Position numbers and translations under genes: made by a program. 64,000 nucleotides of DNA, from contig CDMY01000226.1 of the NCBI GenBank assembly GCA_001179505.1, positions 1 to 64,000 of the forward strand. The letters are read 5' to 3'. This stretch comes from Vitrella brassicaformis CCMP3155. Its lineage: Eukaryota > Protista > Chromerida. Each line of letters starts with the position of its first letter. The stretch's first letter is position 1. Of the stretch, positions 58,169-64,000 are shown piece by piece. Under the pieces are notes generated by a model. It ran no database searches, was not told the DNA's origin, and saw nothing but the letters and a program-made list of their open reading frames with translations.

Positions 58169-58639
58169 ACGCACGTCGGAAGGTTGCGTTGCCCCGCCCG
58201 CCGCCCACCTCTGGTACTTTGTTTCTTGACTGCTTGCGCCTACCGAACGACAGCTTTTTGCTTTCTTTCTCCTTTTGAGGAGGAGAGAATGGTATGGGTA
58301 CACTCACTGTCCTTATATGCAGCTCTGGCTGCAAGTGTCGGTCGCTTCATGGCCCGACTGTGTCTCTCACACACAAGTGTATGTCTTGCCTTCGTAGAAT
58401 TGAGCGACTGCGTTGCGACTGTGGGTGGGTGGGTGGCCTGGTCTGGTGTTGGCCTGCGTGCGTTGGTCTTCGCGTATTAGTAGTACGCGGGGCGGGCGGT
58501 ATGTGTATGTGCGATTGGAGGGAGGGACAATGCATTCAATGCATGATCCGATAGATAATCGAATCCGCCATCACGGTGCGCACCGCACATGCATACATCT
58601 AGCGGTCATGTATGTCTCTACCTATCCATCCAGCCGCTA

Positions 58640-60904
58640 TTAGTAGATGCACCCGCGCACACTGTCGTGGTCACGCTTCCGGACGGGCACAGTCAGCGAC
58701 AATATTTGCTCCCTCTCACCCTCCGATTCATCGTCAACCCCCTCCACCTCTTTCGCCCCCCATAGGCCTCTCTCGCACTTGCCGCCAACGCAGCAGTCAA
58801 CCTGCGGCGTGTTCTCGCCACTCTGCTGCCACTGCTGCTGCTTCAGATGCTTCACCTTTCCTGCCAATTTGATGCGGTCTTTGTGCAGCCGGGGACGGGT
58901 GACGGGCGCGGGAGGCAGCAGAGACAGAGAGCCGCTCTTGGGCAGTGACGGGGCCAGCTTGTGCTGCGAGTTGGTGTGGAGGCGGCTCGTGAAGTGCCCG
59001 ACGCACGACGCATACATACGGGGCGGGGGCAGATGGTGAGGCAGGCGGGGTGCCAAGAGGCCAGGGGGCGGGTGGTGGCTGAGCGTCGTCCGGTGGGTGG
59101 GGCTGATCGGTGGAGACGTCTGAGCTGGTGGGGAGGGGAAGAGAGACACAGACACCTGGCACACAGGCGGCCGTACGATGGCAGGCCTCCTCGGTGGTGC
59201 TGGTGGCGGTGGCGGCGGATGGGCAAACAGGTTCAAGGGCCGGACGGGGACGGGGATGTGATGCAGATGGCGAGACATCATGTTGGTTGAGTCGATGCTC
59301 ATCGTCGGGGCGTTTGTGAAGGCCCGGGTGCTCTGCTGGCCTGTCAGCACCGAGTGGTGGTGCACCGGCGACTGCATGACGGACACGCTCCTGTTGTGGA
59401 GCGTGTGGCGCATCACCAGTGGGCTCTTCATGTCGACGTAGACCGGCTCCTTTGCGTCAACAGGGCTGGCACACTTGACCCTGGCCGACGGCAGGGGCGA
59501 CTCCAGGCAGGGCAACATCTCAGTCGGCTCCTTGGCCTCAATGGCATGGATCTTCTTTGTCCCCTGCCTTCGCACCCCCTTCCTCTCCCTCTCTCCGCGG
59601 TGGGCCTTGCTGGTAGCTGCAACAGCGTTCAAGCGCTTCAATGGCGGCGGGGGCGCTTTGTCGCCGCTGCTGGCTTTTCGCTTGATCACGGGAACCCGGG
59701 GCGGCTTCTTGGCTTGGGTTGTGGCAGGAGGGTGGGAGTGCCGCAGACGTGTGGTGGTGACCGGGTGCTGAGGTTTCTCCAGGACGGTGAATCGAGACAC
59801 GGGCGGCCCCGTGGCGATTTTGCTGGCATGAGTCATCGGCAGTCGTGTGGTGAAGGGGCCGAGGTGGGTGTGGCTCTTGGCTGGACCAAGGCAGCCCGTC
59901 TTGTGTGTGTGCGGGGCGTGCGGGGTGTGCTGGAAGGGGAGGGAGGCCCTCATGGGAATGTGGTGGTTGATGCGGCCTCTCGCCGAGTTGCAGCGCCGCA
60001 TCGCCGTCATCTTGATGTCCTTCTCCCTTGCTGCATTGCTGGTGTCCCGCGCCATGGCCGTATGAGTGGGGCTGAAGTGTCTGAACCACTCCGCCATGTT
60101 GCTGCGGAACGCCCTGCCAGAGGTGCTGCCAAAGAGAGTCGGCGGGGGGTAAACAGCTGCAGGCAGCGTGGCTTTCACCTCTGTCTCATCCATGTCTCTG
60201 CTGCCGAATGAGGGCAGATAGTGCTGATGTGTCTTTTCACCGCCACCGACGACAGAGAAAGTCGGGATGGCCCTCTCGGTAGCAAGCGGGGCTCCCGGCT
60301 GCGGATGCTGCGCGCTGTGCATGTTGATGTTGTATGTGGCGTGTGCGGCAGGGGGAAAGGGCGGCGGATAGACATAGTCCTGGGTGAAAGTCCTGTATGG
60401 CGCCCCCCGGTAGAAGCCGTCTCTCGTGTCGCCCAGCACATCCTCGCTCTCATTGTCGGTGCTGTGCGGCACTAGAGGGCCGCCCCGGCTGGAGGAGAAG
60501 GCGATCACCGGAGACAGGATCTTGAGCGGCTCACGAGCAGTCAGCTGCCCCTCCCCCTCCCTCTCTCTGCTTCTGCTGCCCTCGCCAGTGATGTTTCGGC
60601 GGACCACTTTGCCCTGCTGCTGCAGCTGGGGGTCCACGCCCTGCAGGATGTCCCGCATCGAGTCGGCTCGTTTGAACAGGGTTGCCCGGCCGCCCAGAGA
60701 CCGACCTGCAAACACCGAGGCAGCAAGCAATAATTGAGAGACAGTCACTGAGCTCCAATTGTAAGTACTGGGGAGTATATGCCTACGGTCGCCGGGCAGG
60801 AGGGCTGCGGAGGTTGTGGATGACCCACCCCGGTGCTGGCGTGGCGACATGCGGCCCATGACGGCCAGCAGGGGAGAGCTGGTCACGTTCTTGGAAGGAA
60901 TCAT
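58640..60904 (-). CDS. Hypothetical intrinsically disordered protein (754-aa uninterrupted ORF; Pro/His/Ser/Thr/Lys-rich)
   Basis: A 2.26-kb open frame free of intron-type microsatellites. No domain recognised. Upstream exons are possible. Confidence 0.6.
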   Translation of the reverse strand: MIPSKNVTSSPLLAVMGRMSPRQHRGGSSTTSAALLPGDRRHILPSTYNWSSVTVSQLLLAASVFAGRSLGGRATLFKRADSMRDILQGVDPQLQQQGKVVRRNITGEGSRSREREGEGQLTAREPLKILSPVIAFSSSRGGPLVPHSTDNESEDVLGDTRDGFYRGAPYRTFTQDYVYPPPFPPAAHATYNINMHSAQHPQPGAPLATERAIPTFSVVGGGEKTHQHYLPSFGSRDMDETEVKATLPAAVYPPPTLFGSTSGRAFRSNMAEWFRHFSPTHTAMARDTSNAAREKDIKMTAMRRCNSARGRINHHIPMRASLPFQHTPHAPHTHKTGCLGPAKSHTHLGPFTTRLPMTHASKIATGPPVSRFTVLEKPQHPVTTTRLRHSHPPATTQAKKPPRVPVIKRKASSGDKAPPPPLKRLNAVAATSKAHRGERERKGVRRQGTKKIHAIEAKEPTEMLPCLESPLPSARVKCASPVDAKEPVYVDMKSPLVMRHTLHNRSVSVMQSPVHHHSVLTGQQSTRAFTNAPTMSIDSTNMMSRHLHHIPVPVRPLNLFAHPPPPPPAPPRRPAIVRPPVCQVSVSLFPSPPAQTSPPISPTHRTTLSHHPPPGLLAPRLPHHLPPPRMYASCVGHFTSRLHTNSQHKLAPSLPKSGSLSLLPPAPVTRPRLHKDRIKLAGKVKHLKQQQWQQSGENTPQVDCCVGGKCERGLWGAKEVEGVDDESEGEREQILSLTVPVRKRDHDSVRGCIY

Positions 60905-61318
60905 CGTCCAGTCAGCTCAAGTTGCTTCTGAGACAGAACCAAGACAGGCCAGCTGGGGCTGAACGGCGTGCGATGCATTTCTGCACTGCAGTGGTGTCGG
61001 CTTCCACCCCACGCACCTGCTTGCTCGTTCGGAAGGAGGATTTGATTTGCGGAAAGGACGATCAAATGAATCCAGCCGTTTAACCGTTGGTTGAGCTTGC
61101 CCCAATCCCACCGGTGTCTATAGATCTTATTTCTAGCTACGGACGTCATATGTTTCTCCACCCCCAAGGTCGGCTGGCTACAACACGCCCCGAGCTGGCC
61201 GAAATTGCCCACAAATCACTGTGCCGACCAGTATTTGCCTTGGTACACCATGGTCAGGTTCCATTCATCCTCGTCCACTCTCGTTCATGGCAACCAAGCA
61301 CCCACCTCCCCGCCCGTG

Positions 61319-63538
61319 TCAGCCAGCTCCAGCCCCGGCGGCATCGCCTTGGTGCAGGTGGGGGTTCGTGGTGAACATCTTGAACAGATACGTCACCGAG
61401 TACACCAGATACTGCCCCGCCAGCAGCGGGTGGTGCCCCAGCAACGCCCACGTCACACGCGCGATGTTGGCCACCGTCAGCACGATCGCGAAAACCACGT
61501 GGGCCAGCCAGAATATGGCCATCAGCGCCTTCCGGACAGGGTCTAGGTGGGGTAGGGAGCTGCTGGCCGCTGCCTCCTCTGTGAGCAGCTCGGCTGGCAC
61601 GGCCACCGCGCCGCAGAAGAGCATCAGCACCGTCCACAGGATGGAGAACTTGAGGCCCTGACCAGACACACACAGACAGAGAGATAAAGAGGCTTCAGAG
61701 GGCGGCTCATAACGCAGGCAGGCAGGCACGCAGGAAGGCAGGCACCTTGAGTTGGATGAGGAAGGCGATGATGGTCATCAGCACACAGCCCGCCTGAAGT
61801 GCACAACACACCCACACACAGACCGACGGATGGATTGATGGATGTGCGTAAGGTCATCGATCGGTCGGTGTCCTCTCTCTCTCTCTCTCTCTCTTTTTCT
61901 CTCTCTCTGTGCCCGTGCGTGTGTGTGTGTGTGTGTGTGACCTGGAGCATGGGGATAGCCCTGCAGACGTCGTATAGGAGCATCAGCAGCTTCACCCCGT
62001 AGTAGGCCCCCATGCACAGCACAGCCACACCCAACATCGCCTGGGGGGAGCGCCAACACACACACCACACCAACAGCCAAGAAGATACACTCACACGGGC
62101 GGGCATCTGGTTGTCTGTCGGTGTGTGTCGGTGAGTGACATGCATGACTCACAATGTCCCAGTGGAAGACGAATAGCAGGCCGATGAGGGCGAACCACGA
62201 GGCCTTGAAGGACACCAGCACCATCAGCCCCAGACACACGTAGCTCGTCGATCGCCTGCAACAGCAACACACACACACTCACCATTGCAATGTATTGCGT
62301 GCAGCTAACTTCACCTTCCCTCCCTTCCCCCCGTCATGCATTGCACCTGAGCCATGCGACGCACCGGACGTCGTTGCCGGCCTTGACCAAGGACTGATAG
62401 AAGCCCAGCAGGTAGGGAATCAGACAAAACACCTCCGGATACCAACTGACAGACAGACACACCACAACACAACACACCGCACCGCCACACAGAGAGAGAC
62501 CAACCAATGACAGACAATGAAGGACACGCGCCGTCCTTTGTGTCATCCAATCCACCTCTCTCTGTGAGTTGTCTGTGTGTGTCTGTGTGCCTGGTGTCGT
62601 TGAATGCGCCGAGGACGGACAGGCTGATGCCGATGAAGAGGTCGTTAAAGCGGTGGTTGATGAACTCGGGATCCACCTCGTCGAACAGACACAGAAACAC
62701 CGCCCGACAGGACACCAGCCACGAATACTAACAGACAGAAAGACAGACAGACAGACAAGACTCATCCACACACACACAGCAGTGTAGTGAGTGTCCCTCC
62801 CTCCCTCCCACGCACCCACGCACCTTGAAGGTGGCAGCCCCCCATAGCAGGAGGCACATGGCGATCTTCCACATCCACCTCCAGTGGCTGCCCGCCCACC
62901 ACGTCCAGAAGCACCCCATCAGAGCCATCCGGAACTCCAAATTCTGCACCGTCCACTGCTTGCAGAGGTGCATGTCGAAGACCTTGAGCACGGCCCAGTG
63001 CAGCGGGTTGTGGACGGTGTCAATCTGCCCGTTGTACCTCGTGACGGCGTCGATGAACTGCACGCGTGTGGGGGTCATGAGCTCGGGCGACGAGAGGTAG
63101 CTGGCGATGACGCTCTCCGAGTCGGTCGTCTCGTTGCGCCCGTACTCGTCGCAGAACACTATGGCATTCTGCACCAGCACCGTCTCGACCTGCACAGACA
63201 GATCACACCAGACATACACACATAGATAGATCTCCTGTTAACTGAGTGTGTGCAGTGCATGTGATGTGCCTGCTTGTCAGCTGATGTGTCGATCGAATGA
63301 TCAGACAGACCTCCTGAGGCGTGACGTCGAGTATGTCGAGCTGCTGCTCCTTGTCGAAGCGCATCCACAGCTGCAGCACCTCCTCCCGCCCGTCGGCGAC
63401 AGTGAAGCCGCCCTTCCAGCCCATCTGGTAGTAGGCGGGACTGTCATCGTACCCATCGGCGCCGCTTGAGCCCTTGCGGCCGGGCGCTTCGTCGGCGTGG
63501 CCCCTCCGGCGCTTCTGCTTCCGTCGAAACTGCGGCAT
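61319..63538 (-). CDS. Hypothetical multi-pass membrane protein (~8 exons)
   Basis: Hydrophilic N-terminus MPQFRRKQK.., then many hydrophobic exons (WMWKIAMCLLLWGAATFK, VCLGLMVLVSFKASWFALIGLLFVFHW, FSILWTVLMLFCGAV, ALMAIFWLAHVVFAIVLTV). Confidence 0.65.
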
Positions 63539-64000
63539 TCAATCTGATCTGATCTATCAAGATTCTCGAGCTGCAGTTGCTGGTAGTGTTTGCCTCCTGC
63601 TGCCCTGTTCTCTCGCCTGTTTGTGGTTTGTTGCGAGCTCGCATGGATCGGGTCAACACCTGGTCCCTTCCAGAGGTCACATATCTGATCCATTCATGTC
63701 GAGAGAGGCAATCGGGGTATCCTGGTGAGGTGATGCAGGAACGTGTCGAGAGCGGCTGAAGTGCGTTGTGGTGAGCCTAGATGGGCCAATTGATGGCGCT
63801 GCAGGATGGAGCGTAGCTGCTGCCTAACCGGAGGGGCTGAACAGACGGCCACCGGCAGCGCTCATGGATAGCACAGGTGCGCACAGAGAGAGCAGCCGCT
63901 GCCTCCTGTCCATGCATGCCGTCTGATCTGCTGCCGATTCGATTCTTCCGTTTGATTCCCAGACAAACCTCCCTCCATCTCCCGTGTGGTGTGCCTGTCC

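Noticed and set aside
1-64000. tRNA, rRNA, snRNA, telomeric repeats, transposase or reverse-transcriptase genes
   Set aside because: No T-loop/cloverleaf, rRNA, TTTAGGG array or DDE/RT motifs were found by eye. A covariance-model scan would be needed to exclude small RNAs.

Overview
Eukaryotic, GC-rich, intron-dense genomic DNA containing five 300-N scaffold gaps. The short microsatellite-rich introns, plastid proteins with bipartite signal+transit leaders (PGR5, a GNAT) and a dinoflagellate-type coiled-coil protein suggest a chromerid alveolate, most likely Vitrella brassicaformis (inference). About 20 spliced genes were reconstructed by hand; exon boundaries are approximate unless given. 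Highlights: (1) a ~9.4-kb, ~20-intron gene for a secreted bacterial-type alpha-2-macroglobulin that lacks the CxEQ thioester (PYGGALL) and ends in a GPI-like tail; (2) a 3-exon, 55-aa Tom5-like microprotein gene absent as a unit from the ORF track; (3) introns with complementary (AC)n 5' and (GT)n 3' halves; (4) a near-identical intron 3' end shared by two unrelated genes; (5) a ~0.5-kb dispersed repeat in two opposite-orientation copies; (6) six to seven head-to-head gene pairs with very short ATG-to-ATG spacers. I saw no rRNA, tRNA, CRISPR array or transposase/RT coding sequence.
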